A stretch of 53,041 nucleotides of DNA from Gemmatimonadota bacterium (GCA_051004775.1 JBPCJZ010000176.1:1-53041), one strand, 5' to 3'; positions 27,634 to 38,383 are shown, counted from the stretch's first letter. A program made the numbers and translations. The notes: generated from the letters alone by a model not told the origin.

Positions 27634-27852
27634 ATGCTGCCAAACATCGGGATAACAGAAGGCGTCATCCTTCTCTTCATCGTCCTGCTACTCTTCGGCG
27701 CGAAGCGCCTGCCGGAGATCGGGGGGTCGCTCGGGAAGGGCATCCGCGAGTTCAAGAGTTCCGTGAAGGAAGTGGGCAAGGAGGTGCGAGGCGAACTCGA
27801 AGATGCCGACGAGGAACGCGCCGCGCGCCGCGACGACTCGCCGCAGGAGTAA
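27634..27852 (+). CDS. tatA: twin-arginine translocase TatA/E
   Basis: LLLFGAKRLPEIG.SLGKGIREFK. Confidence 0.96.
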   Translation: MLPNIGITEGVILLFIVLLLFGAKRLPEIGGSLGKGIREFKSSVKEVGKEVRGELEDADEERAARRDDSPQE

Positions 27853-27908
27853 TCCCGCGGTACGCGCGGTGGTCGTATGAAGGACCGCGAGGAGCCCCGG
27901 GATCGGCT

Positions 27909-27958
27909 TCCCGGCTTCCAGGCCGTCCAGACTTCCAGGCTTCTCCAGACTTCCAGGC
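27909..27958. repeat. three imperfect copies of TCCAGACTTCCAGGC (period 17-18)
   Basis: Copies start at 27909 (TCCCGGCTTCCAGGC), 27926 and 27944, between convergent tatA and ppiD. Confidence 0.75.
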
Positions 27959-27960
27959 CT

Positions 27961-29802
27961 CTAGGTCAGCGGCGAGAAGGGCTGCGAGTCCGCCGACTGA
28001 TTCAAACGATCGCGCAGGTCAACCACTTCCGCCGCGTCCCGCAGCGACTGCAGCCATGCGATCGCCCTCTGCTGTGCAGCCACGGCCGCGAGCTCCAGCT
28101 TCAACTGGCTCTTCATCACGTTGAACAAGCGAGGGTCCGCCTCTTCGCGTGAATCGACGCGGAGCACGACGAAGTGGTCTCCCGCCCAGAACGGCCCCGC
28201 GAGCTCGCCGACCGGGGCGCCGAACGCCGCGCCGATCGCCTCCGTACCGCGGCCCAGGCCCGGCACGAACTCCTGCCGCTTGAAGGAGGGAGTGGTGGCC
28301 ATCGGCCAGCCGGTGGAAGACGCGAGGGCCGCCAGGTCCGGAGCGGACTGTTCCGCCATCGCCTTCTGGACCTGTGTCTTCGCCGCGGCCCGTCGCCTTT
28401 CCGCCTGCAGGTTCGTCTCGATCTGGCCTCTGACGTCCTCGAACGAGAACTGTCCGCCCTCGGTGCGATCCACGAGTTCCACGAGGTGAAACCCGGACCC
28501 GTTCTCGAAGAACTCGCTCAACTCGCCGACCTCGTTGTTTTCGTTGAGTGCCCAGTCGACCGCTACACCAAGAGATCCGGCACCAGGAACGAAATCGAAG
28601 CCGTCGGTGAGCGTCACGTCGTCGCGCAGTTCGACGCCCAGGGAGTCGGCCGCGGCCTGGAGGCCGTTGTCGAGGGCGATTCCCTCGAGGTCGTCCATCC
28701 GTCCGAACAACTCATCTTCGCCCTCGTCCGACATCCGCACCGGCAGCACGATGTGGGCGACCGATGCCGTGTCTCCCGCCCGTTCCGACACGCGAAGAAG
28801 GTGCCATCCCGCCGGCGACGCGACGGGCTCGGAAACGTCTCCGACCGCCAGCCCGGTGACGGTGGACGCGATCGGCTCCACGAGGTCGACCGGTGTATAG
28901 CGACCCAGGTCGCCCCCGTTGGCGCCGGTCGCGGTGTCCGCCGAGAACTCGGCCGCGGCGTCGGCGAAGCTGATGCCGCCGTCGAGGATGGCCGCACGTA
29001 TGGAATCGGCGCGCGACCTGACTCTCGCCGTATCCGCGGCACTGGGAACCGTCGAGAACGAGACGATGCGGACGGTTGCCGTAGCCGGACGCTCGTAGTC
29101 GTCGCGGTGCTCACGATAGTAGCGCTGCGCGTCGGCCTCGGGGACCGCGATGTCTGCGTCCGCCACGACCCGGGCCGGGTCGATCGTCACGTAGCTCACG
29201 ACGGCGGTTTCGTTGCGCGCTTTGAACTCTTCCCATGCCTCGAGATCGCTCACCGCGACGCCCTCGGTGAGCTCCTGCTGCAGGCGTATGCGCGGCAACT
29301 CGTCGCGATAGTACTGCTCGATGTTCCGGAGAAGCTGCTCGTCTACGCTCGGATCGGCGAAGAAGGCCTGGTACTTCGCGTAGTCGAACCGCCCGTCGGT
29401 CTGGAACGCGGCCAGGCGCATGAGGTCGGGGGGCGGAGAGGTGCGGAACGCCTGGCGAATCTCGGCCGGGGATACCCGGATCTCGAGGCGGGCGATTTCC
29501 TGCTCCAGCACGACGGAGTTGATCATGTTCTCCCAGGCGTCGGCCTCGGCCTGTCTCACCTCTTCGTCCGTCAGCGGACCGCCCTTCTGGTTCCGGGCCC
29601 GGTCGAGCTGCCGCGACGACGCGTCGCGCCACCGCACGTACCGCACCTGCTGACCGTTGATTGAGCCGATCACCGGGTTCGTTCCCGTGCCGGCCGTGCG
29701 CTCACGACTCTGAATCCCTTCGAACGCGAGCCACCCCGCGAAGGCGATCGCCAGAAACACGAGCGCGTAACGCGTTTTTTCGCGGATTGTTCGCATCATC
29801 AT
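27961..29802 (-). CDS. ppiD: PpiD-like membrane-anchored chaperone (SurA-N + parvulin)
   Basis: MM..IRE + TM, SurA_N region (FQTDGRFD..KY), rotamase F...A..FS.D......GGDLG, SP.GWH. Confidence 0.88.
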   Translation of the reverse strand: MMMRTIREKTRYALVFLAIAFAGWLAFEGIQSRERTAGTGTNPVIGSINGQQVRYVRWRDASSRQLDRARNQKGGPLTDEEVRQAEADAWENMINSVVLEQEIARLEIRVSPAEIRQAFRTSPPPDLMRLAAFQTDGRFDYAKYQAFFADPSVDEQLLRNIEQYYRDELPRIRLQQELTEGVAVSDLEAWEEFKARNETAVVSYVTIDPARVVADADIAVPEADAQRYYREHRDDYERPATATVRIVSFSTVPSAADTARVRSRADSIRAAILDGGISFADAAAEFSADTATGANGGDLGRYTPVDLVEPIASTVTGLAVGDVSEPVASPAGWHLLRVSERAGDTASVAHIVLPVRMSDEGEDELFGRMDDLEGIALDNGLQAAADSLGVELRDDVTLTDGFDFVPGAGSLGVAVDWALNENNEVGELSEFFENGSGFHLVELVDRTEGGQFSFEDVRGQIETNLQAERRRAAAKTQVQKAMAEQSAPDLAALASSTGWPMATTPSFKRQEFVPGLGRGTEAIGAAFGAPVGELAGPFWAGDHFVVLRVDSREEADPRLFNVMKSQLKLELAAVAAQQRAIAWLQSLRDAAEVVDLRDRLNQSADSQPFSPLT

Positions 29803-29856
29803 CTGTACGGCGCTCCTTGCCCGGTGACCGGCTTTCTCGCTGAAAATAAGCCGGGA

Positions 29857-29885
29857 AAGCTATTCCCAGAGTTCAGTACCGGCAA
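29857..29885 (-). promoter_or_regulatory. sigma70 promoter of ppiD
   Basis: TTGCCG-N17-TAGCTT. Confidence 0.55.
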
Positions 29886-29909
29886 GTTGATCACGAGGTC
29901 CGGCCCCGA

Positions 29910-29939
29910 TTGACACCCCTGAAACGGGTCGCCTACCTT
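29910..29939 (+). promoter_or_regulatory. sigma70 promoter of the TPR-aroQ-efp-acc operon
   Basis: TTGACA-N18-TACCTT, back-to-back with the ppiD promoter. Confidence 0.65.
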
Positions 29940-29987
29940 GGGGGAGCGACACATTCTGAAGGAACTCACTTCTGCGGCGGAGCGCCG

Positions 29988-31175
29988 ATGAGTACAGAGG
30001 CGGCCGGCGGCGACGAGATTCGGCGCTTCGAAGAGCAGTACCGCAATAATCCCGACAGCCTCGTCTTCGCCCGTCTCGCCGACGCGTATCGAAAGGCGGG
30101 CGATCCCGACCGGGCTCTGCAGCTTCTCGACGAAGGGATCCGGCGCCACCGCGACTACCCGAGCGCCCACATCATCCGCGCCCGCACCTTCATCGACCTC
30201 GGCCGCGCCGAGGAAGCCGATGCGGCATTCCGGCATGTGCTCACGCTCGACGCGCAGAACCTCGTGGCGATGCGTGGCCTCGCGGAGCTGGCCGAGGAGC
30301 GGGGCGATCACGGGGAGGCCGCCGGGTGGTACGAGAGGATCGCCGCACTGGATCCGCTCAACGCGGAGGCTTCCGAGGCCTTGCTTCGCCTCCGCGGTGG
30401 CGATGGCGCGGACGGCGGTGGCGACGGCGGTGGCGATGTCGCGAGGGCCGGCGGTATGGAGCCGCTCGAGCCGACTTCGGAGGAGTGGTGGACGTCGTCC
30501 TCGCCCATCTCTCCGATCGAGTCTGAACCGCTGGCCCCCGAGGAACTGTCGACGGGGCTCGCACGGGGAAGATTTCCGGAAGATGTCGCCGGAGAGATGG
30601 AGGTCATCGGGGCCGAGCTCGTGTCGACCTCGCCGGAAGGGTCGGGTCGCGACGACCTGGACTTCGACGGGGTCGACCTGGCGTCGTCCGATCCGCCGGA
30701 AGCGGTCGAAGCGCCGCCGGAACCGGCAGCTGAATCGTCGCCGGGCGATGAAGCGGGCAGCGCCTGGTGGTTCGAAGATCCGAGCGACACTGCCGCCGAG
30801 GACGATGGAGATCTGCTGACCCGCACGATGGCGGACCTGTACGCCCGCCAGGGCCTCGTCGACGAGGCGGCCGCGATCTACCGCGAGCTCCTGGTCGATC
30901 GGCCCGGCGACCCGGAATTGGAGCGCGCCCTGGCGGGCCTGCAGGAAGGCCACGACGAGCCGACCGCGCCGGACGACATGCCCGCGCCCCGGGAAGCGCT
31001 CAAGAAACGGCCCGAGAAGCACGCGGAGGCCGACCAGGCGACGAGGGAGGGGGTCGCCGAGGCCGGACGACTGGGGCCGGGGGCCGTCGCCGTCGATCGG
31101 TACGCCAGCCACGTCATTCCCACCGTCGCGGGCCGGAGCCAGGTCTTCCTCGAGTGGTTGGGGCGGTTGGAGTGA
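29988..31175 (+). CDS. TPR protein with long acidic linker
   Basis: N-terminal TPRs (FARLADAYRKAG), Asp/Glu-rich linker, C-terminal T.TMADLYARQG TPR and FLEWL end; GGAG SD. Confidence 0.85.
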   Translation: MSTEAAGGDEIRRFEEQYRNNPDSLVFARLADAYRKAGDPDRALQLLDEGIRRHRDYPSAHIIRARTFIDLGRAEEADAAFRHVLTLDAQNLVAMRGLAELAEERGDHGEAAGWYERIAALDPLNAEASEALLRLRGGDGADGGGDGGGDVARAGGMEPLEPTSEEWWTSSSPISPIESEPLAPEELSTGLARGRFPEDVAGEMEVIGAELVSTSPEGSGRDDLDFDGVDLASSDPPEAVEAPPEPAAESSPGDEAGSAWWFEDPSDTAAEDDGDLLTRTMADLYARQGLVDEAAAIYRELLVDRPGDPELERALAGLQEGHDEPTAPDDMPAPREALKKRPEKHAEADQATREGVAEAGRLGPGAVAVDRYASHVIPTVAGRSQVFLEWLGRLE

Positions 31176-31609
31176 GGCGGATCGGCCTGTTGCACGGACC
31201 CAACCTCAACGAGCTCGGCAGCCGTGAACCCCATCTATACGGAACCGTCACCCTGGCCGAGATCGACGAGGCGGTCGTCGAGGAGGGGCGCCGCTTCGAT
31301 GTCGATGTCGTCGCGTATCAGTCGAATCTCGAGGGGGCCCTGGTCGACTGGATCCAGGCGAACTCGGAGACCGTCGCCGGATTCGTGGTGAATGCCGCGG
31401 GGTACACGCATACCAGCGTCGCGCTCCGCGACGCATTGGTCGCGGCCGGCCGGCCGTTCGTCGAAGTCCACATGACCAACGTCTTTGCGAGGGAAGACTT
31501 CCGGCACGCCTCCGTCCTGGCTGACGCGGCGGTCGGGGTCGTATGCGGATTCGGCGCCGCGAGCTACGTGCTGGGGCTTCGGGGTCTGCTCGCGGCGATC
31601 CCGTCGTGA
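31172..31609 (+). CDS. aroQ: type II 3-dehydroquinate dehydratase
   Basis: HGPNLN.LG.REP.LYG, QSN.EG, NAAGYTHTSVALRDA, EVH.TN..ARE.FRH.S. Confidence 0.97.
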   Translation: MRRIGLLHGPNLNELGSREPHLYGTVTLAEIDEAVVEEGRRFDVDVVAYQSNLEGALVDWIQANSETVAGFVVNAAGYTHTSVALRDALVAAGRPFVEVHMTNVFAREDFRHASVLADAAVGVVCGFGAASYVLGLRGLLAAIPS

Positions 31610-31613
31610 ACCC

Positions 31614-32687
31614 TTGAAGTCGCGCCTCGACGACGTTCGCGGGGTAGTGGCGGACGGACGACTCACCGGGTTGCTGGTCACCAGTCTCGCGAACATCCGA
31701 TATCTCAGCGGGTTCACCGGTTCCTCCGGCGTGCTGCTCGTCGAGCCGCGCTCTACGACGCTGTTCACCGACTTCCGTTACGAGACCCAGGCGGCGTCGG
31801 AAGTGGAAGCGGGCATTTGCGTAGAGATCGTCGCGGACGGGACCTGGGAAAGGCTGAAGTCATGGTTGGACGGTTCGCCCCCCGGACGGCGGCTGGGCTA
31901 CGAGGCGGCTAACCTGACCGTGGCGGAGCGCGATCGTCTCGCTGCCGCGTGCGACGGCGCCACCTGGGAGCCGACGGAAGGGCTGGTCGAAGAGCGGAGG
32001 GCCGTGAAAGACGCGGCCGAACTGGAGTCGATCGCCGCCGCCGTCGATCTGGCCGACCTCGTGCTCGAGACGATCGTGCCCGGTATCCGCCCGCCGATCA
32101 CCGAGATGCAGCTCGCGGCGCTGCTCGAGTTCCGCCTGCGCGCCGCGGGTTCGGGTCCCCTTCCGTTCGCCCCGATCGTCGCGTTCGGAGACCGCTCGGC
32201 CCTTCCGCACGCCACTCCGTCGGACCGGCCACTCGCGCGCGGAGAATTCGTCCTGCTGGACTTCGGCGCGCGGATCGACGGGTACTGCTCCGACATGACC
32301 CGTGTGTTCACGGCGGGTCGGGCCGCGGACTGGCAGCGCGATCTGCACGGCGAGGTGCTCCGCGCCTGTGAGAAGGGTATCGCCGCGCTGGCGGCTGGCC
32401 GGCCCTGCGCCGAAGTGGATGCCGCGGCGCGGGGCTCACTGGCCGACGCGGGGCTGGCCGAGCAGTTCGGACATAGCACGGGCCACGGGCTCGGACTCGA
32501 GATCCACGAGGCGCCCCGGCTGCACCGGAAGGAGTCGAGAACCCTTTCGGCGGGCAACGTGGTCACGGTAGAGCCGGGCGTGTATCTTCCCGGCCGGGGA
32601 GGGATCCGCATCGAACAGGTCGCCGTCGTCGAGGCGGCGGGAAGCCGGGTCCTCACGCGCTCATCGCCCGAACTCGTCGAACTTTAG
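31614..32687 (+). CDS. Xaa-Pro peptidase (M24B, PepQ/YqhT-like)
   Basis: NIRYLSGFTGS, TDFRY, DFGA...GYCSDMTR, HSTGHGLGLEIHEAP, TVEPGVY, GIRIE. TTG start inferred. Confidence 0.93.
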   Translation: MKSRLDDVRGVVADGRLTGLLVTSLANIRYLSGFTGSSGVLLVEPRSTTLFTDFRYETQAASEVEAGICVEIVADGTWERLKSWLDGSPPGRRLGYEAANLTVAERDRLAAACDGATWEPTEGLVEERRAVKDAAELESIAAAVDLADLVLETIVPGIRPPITEMQLAALLEFRLRAAGSGPLPFAPIVAFGDRSALPHATPSDRPLARGEFVLLDFGARIDGYCSDMTRVFTAGRAADWQRDLHGEVLRACEKGIAALAAGRPCAEVDAAARGSLADAGLAEQFGHSTGHGLGLEIHEAPRLHRKESRTLSAGNVVTVEPGVYLPGRGGIRIEQVAVVEAAGSRVLTRSSPELVEL

Positions 32688-32709
32688 ACCGAGCTTCCAG
32701 ACCCGACAT

Positions 32710-33276
32710 ATGGCAGATACTTCCAGTTTTCGTAACGGCATGGTTCTCGATCTGGACGGACAACTCGTCCAGATCGTCTATTTTCAGCACGTGAAGCCCG
32801 GCAAGGGCGGCGCCTTCGTCCGCACGAAGCTGAAGAACGTCCTCTCGGGCGCCGTCGTCGATCGGACGTTCCGCGCCGGCGAGAAGGTCACGGAGGTCCG
32901 GCTCGTCCGCCGACCGGTTCAGTATTCTTATACCGACGGACAGCTCTACTACTTCATGGACATGGAGTCATTCGAGATGATTCCGCTCGCGCCGTCGACG
33001 GTGGGCGACGATCAGTTGAAGTATCTCCAGGAAAACATGGAGTGCGAGGGGCTCACCCGGGAGGGCAAGGTGCTCGCACTCGAGTTGCCTCAGTTCGTGG
33101 AGCTCGAGGTGGTGGAGACCGACCCGGGACTGCGCGGCGACACGGCTCAGGGCGGCACCAAGCCGGCGAAGCTGGCGACGGGCGCCGTGGTGCAGGTGCC
33201 TTTGTTCATCGAGCAGGGGGATGTCGTCCGGGTCGATCGGACCGCGGACAAGTACCTCACACGGGTGACCACATGA
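32710..33276 (+). CDS. efp: elongation factor P
   Basis: HVKPGKGGAFVR, PG.RGDTA.GG.KPA, VPLFI. Confidence 0.98.
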   Translation: MADTSSFRNGMVLDLDGQLVQIVYFQHVKPGKGGAFVRTKLKNVLSGAVVDRTFRAGEKVTEVRLVRRPVQYSYTDGQLYYFMDMESFEMIPLAPSTVGDDQLKYLQENMECEGLTREGKVLALELPQFVELEVVETDPGLRGDTAQGGTKPAKLATGAVVQVPLFIEQGDVVRVDRTADKYLTRVTT

Positions 33277-33752
33277 TCGATCTCGACTGGATCCGGCGAC
33301 TCATCGACATGGTGGACGATTCGGAGATCGATTCGCTCGAGATCTCTCGCTGGGGCACGCGCGTGCGCGTGTCCAAGTCGCCCTCCGTTCACGTGGTGTC
33401 CGGCGGCGGCGCGGCGATGCCCGCGCAGGCCGCGGCCGCTCCCGTCGCGGGCGCCGCGCCGGCGGCCGCTACCGCGGCGGACGGAGCTCCGCCCGCCTCC
33501 GCCTCCGCCGACACGGTCGACGTCGAATCACCGATGGTGGGGACGTTCTACCGCGCGCCGGCTCCCGACGCGCCGTCCTACGTCGAGGTGGGCGACAAGG
33601 TGCAGAAGGGCCAGACCCTCTGCATCCTCGAGGCCATGAAGCTGATGAACGAGCTTGAAGCCGAGATCGCGGGCACGATTCGCGAGATCTGCGTGGGCAA
33701 CGGCGATCCCGTGGAGTACGGACAGGCGCTGTTCCGCATCGAAGCCGACTGA
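33273..33752 (+). CDS. accB: acetyl-CoA carboxylase biotin carboxyl carrier protein
   Basis: SPMVGTFY, EAMKLMNE; ATGA overlap with efp. Confidence 0.97.
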   Translation: MIDLDWIRRLIDMVDDSEIDSLEISRWGTRVRVSKSPSVHVVSGGGAAMPAQAAAAPVAGAAPAAATAADGAPPASASADTVDVESPMVGTFYRAPAPDAPSYVEVGDKVQKGQTLCILEAMKLMNELEAEIAGTIREICVGNGDPVEYGQALFRIEAD

Positions 33753-33788
33753 GCCGCGGCGCCGCCCGTTGACCCGGAAGAGCTTGTA

Positions 33789-35138
33789 GTGTTCGATAAG
33801 ATCCTCATTGCCAACCGCGGAGAGATCGCCCTGCGGGTGATCCGCGCCTGCCGCGAACTCGGCATCCGGACGGTGGCCGTCTATTCCGAGGCCGATCGCG
33901 ACTCGCTGCACGTCCGCTTCTCCGACGAGGACGTCTGCATCGGCGCGCCCCCCGGACGCGAGAGCTACCTCAACATCCCGCGTATCATCGCCGCGGCGGA
34001 GATCACGGGCGCGAGCGCGATCCATCCGGGGTATGGCTTCCTGGCGGAGAACGCGGAGTTCGCGGAGATCTGCGATCGCTCAGGGCTGACCTTCATCGGT
34101 CCGTCCGCCGAAATGATCCGCACGATGGGGGACAAGGCGGAGGCGCGTCGCACGATGATCGCCGCCGGCGTGCCTGTCGTCCCCGGGTCGGAAGGAACGA
34201 CCGAGGATCCGGCGGAGGGCCGCAAGGAGGCCGATCGCGTCGGGTTTCCCGTCATGATCAAGGCGGCGGCCGGCGGCGGCGGCAAAGGCATGCGGGTGTG
34301 CCACGACCCCGACGACTTCGAGAAGACCTTCTCGATGGCGCGTAACGAAGCGGCCAACGCGTTCAACGACGGCCGGGTGTACATCGAGCGGTACGTCGAC
34401 CATCCGCGGCACGTGGAGATCCAGATTCTCGGTGACCGGCACGGCAACCTCGTGCATCTCGGGGAGCGGGACTGCTCGGTCCAGCGCCGCCACCAGAAGC
34501 TGATCGAGGAGGCGCCGAGTCCGGCTCTCACCCCCGAGCTGCGGAAGGCCATGGGCGATGCGGCGGTGAAGGCGGCCCGGGCGATCGACTATTCCAACGC
34601 CGGCACCGTCGAGTTTCTGCTCTCCTCGAGCGGCGAGTTCTTCTTCATGGAGATGAACACGCGCATCCAGGTCGAGCATCCCGTGACCGAGATGACGACG
34701 GGCGTCGATCTCGTCAAGCAACAGATCCGTTCGGCGGCCGGCGAGGTGCTCCAGTTGCGGGAGCCGCCGACACTCCGGGGCCACGCCATCGAGTGCCGGA
34801 TCAACGCGGAGGATCCGGATCACGATTTCCGCCCGTCGCCGGGCAACATCACGGCGTTTCACGCGCCGGGCGGCCCGGGGATCCGCATCGACAGCCATGT
34901 GTTCGCCGGTTATCGGGTGCCGCCCTACTACGACTCGCTCCTCGGCAAGCTGATCGCCTACGGCGCGACCCGGGAAGAGGCCCTCGGCCGCGCCTACCAG
35001 GGGCTGGACGAGTTCATCATCGAGGGTGTGCATACGACGATCCCGTTCCTCCGGAAGGTGCTCGCGCACCCCGATTTCATCGCGGGTGCGGTCGACACGC
35101 ACTTTCTCGAACACTTCCGCACCTCCACCGGGACGTGA
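33789..35138 (+). CDS. accC: biotin carboxylase
   Basis: [47 protein letters not shown]. Confidence 0.98.
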   Translation: MFDKILIANRGEIALRVIRACRELGIRTVAVYSEADRDSLHVRFSDEDVCIGAPPGRESYLNIPRIIAAAEITGASAIHPGYGFLAENAEFAEICDRSGLTFIGPSAEMIRTMGDKAEARRTMIAAGVPVVPGSEGTTEDPAEGRKEADRVGFPVMIKAAAGGGGKGMRVCHDPDDFEKTFSMARNEAANAFNDGRVYIERYVDHPRHVEIQILGDRHGNLVHLGERDCSVQRRHQKLIEEAPSPALTPELRKAMGDAAVKAARAIDYSNAGTVEFLLSSSGEFFFMEMNTRIQVEHPVTEMTTGVDLVKQQIRSAAGEVLQLREPPTLRGHAIECRINAEDPDHDFRPSPGNITAFHAPGGPGIRIDSHVFAGYRVPPYYDSLLGKLIAYGATREEALGRAYQGLDEFIIEGVHTTIPFLRKVLAHPDFIAGAVDTHFLEHFRTSTGT

Positions 35139-37495
35139 ACGACCGGCAGCGTACCGAGGCGCTCGGCGTCGGCCTTCTCGCCCTCGGGATCCTGCTCTCC
35201 CTCGCGATCGTCCCGGCCGTTCTCCGGGGAGGAGAGCCGGAGCCCAACCTGATCGGACCGGCCGGCGCGATCCTGTCGCATCTCCTGATCAGCGGCATCG
35301 GCGGCTCGGCCCTCCTGGTCGCCGTGGCGCCCTTCGTCTGGGCAATCCACTGCTTCGACAAGCTCGGACGCGAGGCCGCCATCCGCTGGTCGATCTTCCT
35401 CGGGGTCGCCGCGCTGCTCGTCCCGGCGGCATGGTGGCTCGTCAGCCGCGCCGTCGGGGGCAGCGAGACGGGCGCCGGGTGGCTGGGCGGAGTGATCGGG
35501 AGCTTCCTGCTCTCGGGCTTCGGAACGGTCGGCGCCCAGCTCATCGTGTTCGCGATTCTCATCAGCCTCACCGTGCTGACCTTCGGCTGGTCGCCCGCGG
35601 CCGGCGCCGAAGCCGCGGCCCGCGGCGCCAGGGGAGGCGCCGTGGCGGCCCAGCGGGGGGCATCGCGCGCCGGAAGGCGCCTGGTGGAAAGCATCCGAGG
35701 GGCCTTCTCTTCGCCCCGCCGCGGTGCCGAGGCCTCGCCCTGGGAGTCGGGCGCCGCCGGCCGGTCGGGAGCGCCCGCCGAGCCCGCGACGCCTGAAGCC
35801 CGCGCGGAGACGAAGCAGAAGCCCAGGCCCGAGAAGGCAAACAAGGCGGAGAAGGCGAAGAGGAAACCGGCAGCGCCGGTCGCCGCTTCGGCCGCAGCAC
35901 CCGCGTCGCGGGCGCAGCTAGAGCTCGCGGACTCGGGCGAACCGTCGCGCGCGGGCGTCCCGCCGCTCGATTTCCTCACCGAGCCCGAGCGACGGGGTTC
36001 GGGTCTGGAGGCCGGCGAGCTGGAGCGGCTGGGCGAGATCCTGGTGTCCAAGCTCAAGACGTTCCGGGTCGACGGCACGATCGGCGGTTATACGACCGGC
36101 CCCGTTGTGACGCAGTTCGAGGTGGTGCCGGCCGCCGGTGTGAAGGTCGGCAAGATCGCCGCCCTCGCTGACGATCTCGCGCTGGCGCTGAAGGCGCCGT
36201 CGGTACGCATCGTCGCGCCCATCCCGGGGAAGGGCGCGGTCGGGGTCGAGGTCCCCAACCCGCAGCCCGAGATGGTCCGGCTCCGCGAGATCCTCGAGGC
36301 GCCGGCCTACACGAAGCCCCGGACGGTGCTGCCCCTCGCCCTCGGGCGCGATCTGGCGGGACTGCCCTACTGCGCCGACCTCGCCCGCATGCCGCATCTC
36401 CTCATCGCGGGCGCCACCGGATCGGGCAAGTCCGTGTGCATCAATACGATCGTAACGAGCCTGATCTATCGGTACCCGCCGAGCGATCTCCGGCTTCTGA
36501 TGATCGACCCGAAGATGGTCGAACTGATCATCTACAACGATTTGCCGCACCTGCGGCATCCCGTGGTGACGGACAACAACGACGCGGCTTCGCTGCTGCG
36601 CTGGGTCGTGTTCGAGATGAACCGCCGCTACGCGCTGTTGTCGGCCAACGCCTGCCGGAACATCGTCGAGATGAACCAGCGGATCCGCCGGGGCGTCGAG
36701 ATCGAGCCACCGGTCGGCATGGGGAAGGGCCGCTGGACCGAAGGGAAGCTGCCCTACATCGTCGTGGTGATCGACGAGCTCGCCGATCTGATGATGACGG
36801 TCCAGTCTGAAGTAGAGACCCCACTCGCGATCCTCGCCCAGAAGGCGCGTGCGGTGGGCATCCACCTCGTCGTCGCGACGCAGCGGCCGTCCGTCAACGT
36901 GATCACGGGCCTGATCAAGGCAAACTTCCCGAGCCGTATCGCGTTCCGCGTCGCGTCGAAGGTGGACAGTCGCACGATCCTCGACCAGAACGGCGCCGAG
37001 TGCCTGCTCGGCAACGGGGACATGCTGTTCCTGCCGCCCGGCGAGTCGGAGCCCTACCGCATCCAGGGCGCATTCATCTCGACAGAGGAGACGGAGGCGC
37101 TCGTCGAGTGGTACCGGCGGCAGGCGGCGGGCGACGATGTCGCCGCGCCGGAGACCGTCGAAGAGAAGGACATTCTCGAGGAAGTCAGGGAGATCGAGAT
37201 CGAGGAGAGCCAGGTCGACGTGGGGGACCAGATCCTCACGGACTGGGACGAGTACTTCCGCCAGGCGGCCGAGATCGTGATCACCAACGACGCCGGCTCC
37301 ACCAGCCTGCTGCAGCGGCGCCTGAAGATCGGCTACGGGCGGGCGGCACGGATCATCGACCAGCTACATTCGGCGGGCGTCGTCGGCCCCGCGGACGGGT
37401 CGAAGCCCCGCGAGGTCATGATCAGCCTCGGCCATCTCGAAGCGCTGATGAAGGGCGAGGACCTGCAGGAGCAGTCACAGAACGGCGAGGGGTAG
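35135..37495 (+). CDS. ftsK: DNA translocase FtsK
   Basis: Four N-terminal TMs, [28 protein letters not shown], gamma domain [15 protein letters not shown]; GTGA overlap with accC. Confidence 0.96.
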   Translation: MNDRQRTEALGVGLLALGILLSLAIVPAVLRGGEPEPNLIGPAGAILSHLLISGIGGSALLVAVAPFVWAIHCFDKLGREAAIRWSIFLGVAALLVPAAWWLVSRAVGGSETGAGWLGGVIGSFLLSGFGTVGAQLIVFAILISLTVLTFGWSPAAGAEAAARGARGGAVAAQRGASRAGRRLVESIRGAFSSPRRGAEASPWESGAAGRSGAPAEPATPEARAETKQKPRPEKANKAEKAKRKPAAPVAASAAAPASRAQLELADSGEPSRAGVPPLDFLTEPERRGSGLEAGELERLGEILVSKLKTFRVDGTIGGYTTGPVVTQFEVVPAAGVKVGKIAALADDLALALKAPSVRIVAPIPGKGAVGVEVPNPQPEMVRLREILEAPAYTKPRTVLPLALGRDLAGLPYCADLARMPHLLIAGATGSGKSVCINTIVTSLIYRYPPSDLRLLMIDPKMVELIIYNDLPHLRHPVVTDNNDAASLLRWVVFEMNRRYALLSANACRNIVEMNQRIRRGVEIEPPVGMGKGRWTEGKLPYIVVVIDELADLMMTVQSEVETPLAILAQKARAVGIHLVVATQRPSVNVITGLIKANFPSRIAFRVASKVDSRTILDQNGAECLLGNGDMLFLPPGESEPYRIQGAFISTEETEALVEWYRRQAAGDDVAAPETVEEKDILEEVREIEIEESQVDVGDQILTDWDEYFRQAAEIVITNDAGSTSLLQRRLKIGYGRAARIIDQLHSAGVVGPADGSKPREVMISLGHLEALMKGEDLQEQSQNGEG

Positions 37496-37675
37496 GCTGA
37501 GCCTCCCGCCCGGCTGCTGCGCGGCGGCCCCCTCTGGTCGGGCAGACGGCGGGCATGCCGCCAGGCCGGAACGGTGACCCGCGGGACCGGGTATCCGTCT
37601 TACACATGAACAGGGCGCCGGAACGGCTACGCCCGCACCGCCCGGGATCGATTCATCGAGCAGGGGACTGGATAG

Positions 37676-38383
37676 ATGCGCAACATGATCAACAGGACCG
37701 GCTGGACGTCCGTCGGCGCCGTCGCACTGGCGCTTGCCGCAGCGCCGCCCGTCGCCGCCCAGTCCGCTGGCTCGACGGCCACGAAGGCGACAGACGTACG
37801 CGTCGTCCTGGCGAAGGCCGACAGTGTCTACGATGGCCTCACGTCGCTACAGGCCGAGTTCGATCAGACGATCGACGTCACGCTCCTGGGACGCAGCCGC
37901 AGCGGTACGGGCACGTGGTACCAGAAGGGGCGCGGCCGGTTCAAAATGGACTTCTTCGAGCCGGCCGACGACGTGATCGTGGCCGACGGAAGCCATCTCT
38001 GGCTCTACTACCCGAGCTCTCACCCCAACCAGGTCATCCGCAGCGCCATCGAGGCGGACGTGACCGGGTCGGGCATGGTCGACCTTCAGGGCCGGATCTT
38101 CGACGAGGCCGGCGCCGGCTACGACGCCGAGCTGCAGGACCGTGAAGAGATCGACGGGCACGAGACGCTCCGCATCCTGCTGACGCCGACCGGCGAGTCG
38201 CCGTACCGCCACGTGCGCGTGTGGGTCGACGCGAAGTCGTACCTCGTCCGCAAGTTCGAGATCATGGAACGCAACGAGACCCTTCGCACGGTGGTCCTCC
38301 GGGACTTGCAGCCCAACGCGACGATCCCCGATGCCGTCTTCCGGTTCACGCCTCCGGCGGGCGCCGACGTGTTCGAAGGCTGA
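37676..38383 (+). CDS. lolA: outer-membrane lipoprotein carrier LolA
   Basis: Signal peptide, SLQAEF.Q, IVADG..LWLY.P...QV, F.FTPP.GADV; follows ftsK. Confidence 0.9.
   Translation: MRNMINRTGWTSVGAVALALAAAPPVAAQSAGSTATKATDVRVVLAKADSVYDGLTSLQAEFDQTIDVTLLGRSRSGTGTWYQKGRGRFKMDFFEPADDVIVADGSHLWLYYPSSHPNQVIRSAIEADVTGSGMVDLQGRIFDEAGAGYDAELQDREEIDGHETLRILLTPTGESPYRHVRVWVDAKSYLVRKFEIMERNETLRTVVLRDLQPNATIPDAVFRFTPPAGADVFEG

Noticed and set aside
27877-28152. 91-aa ORF with QTSR repeats
   Set aside because: It is mostly antisense to ppiD, and the repeat is better explained at the DNA level.
31172-35138. aroQ-peptidase-efp-accB-accC cluster as a novel pathway
   Set aside because: This is a widely conserved housekeeping gene order.
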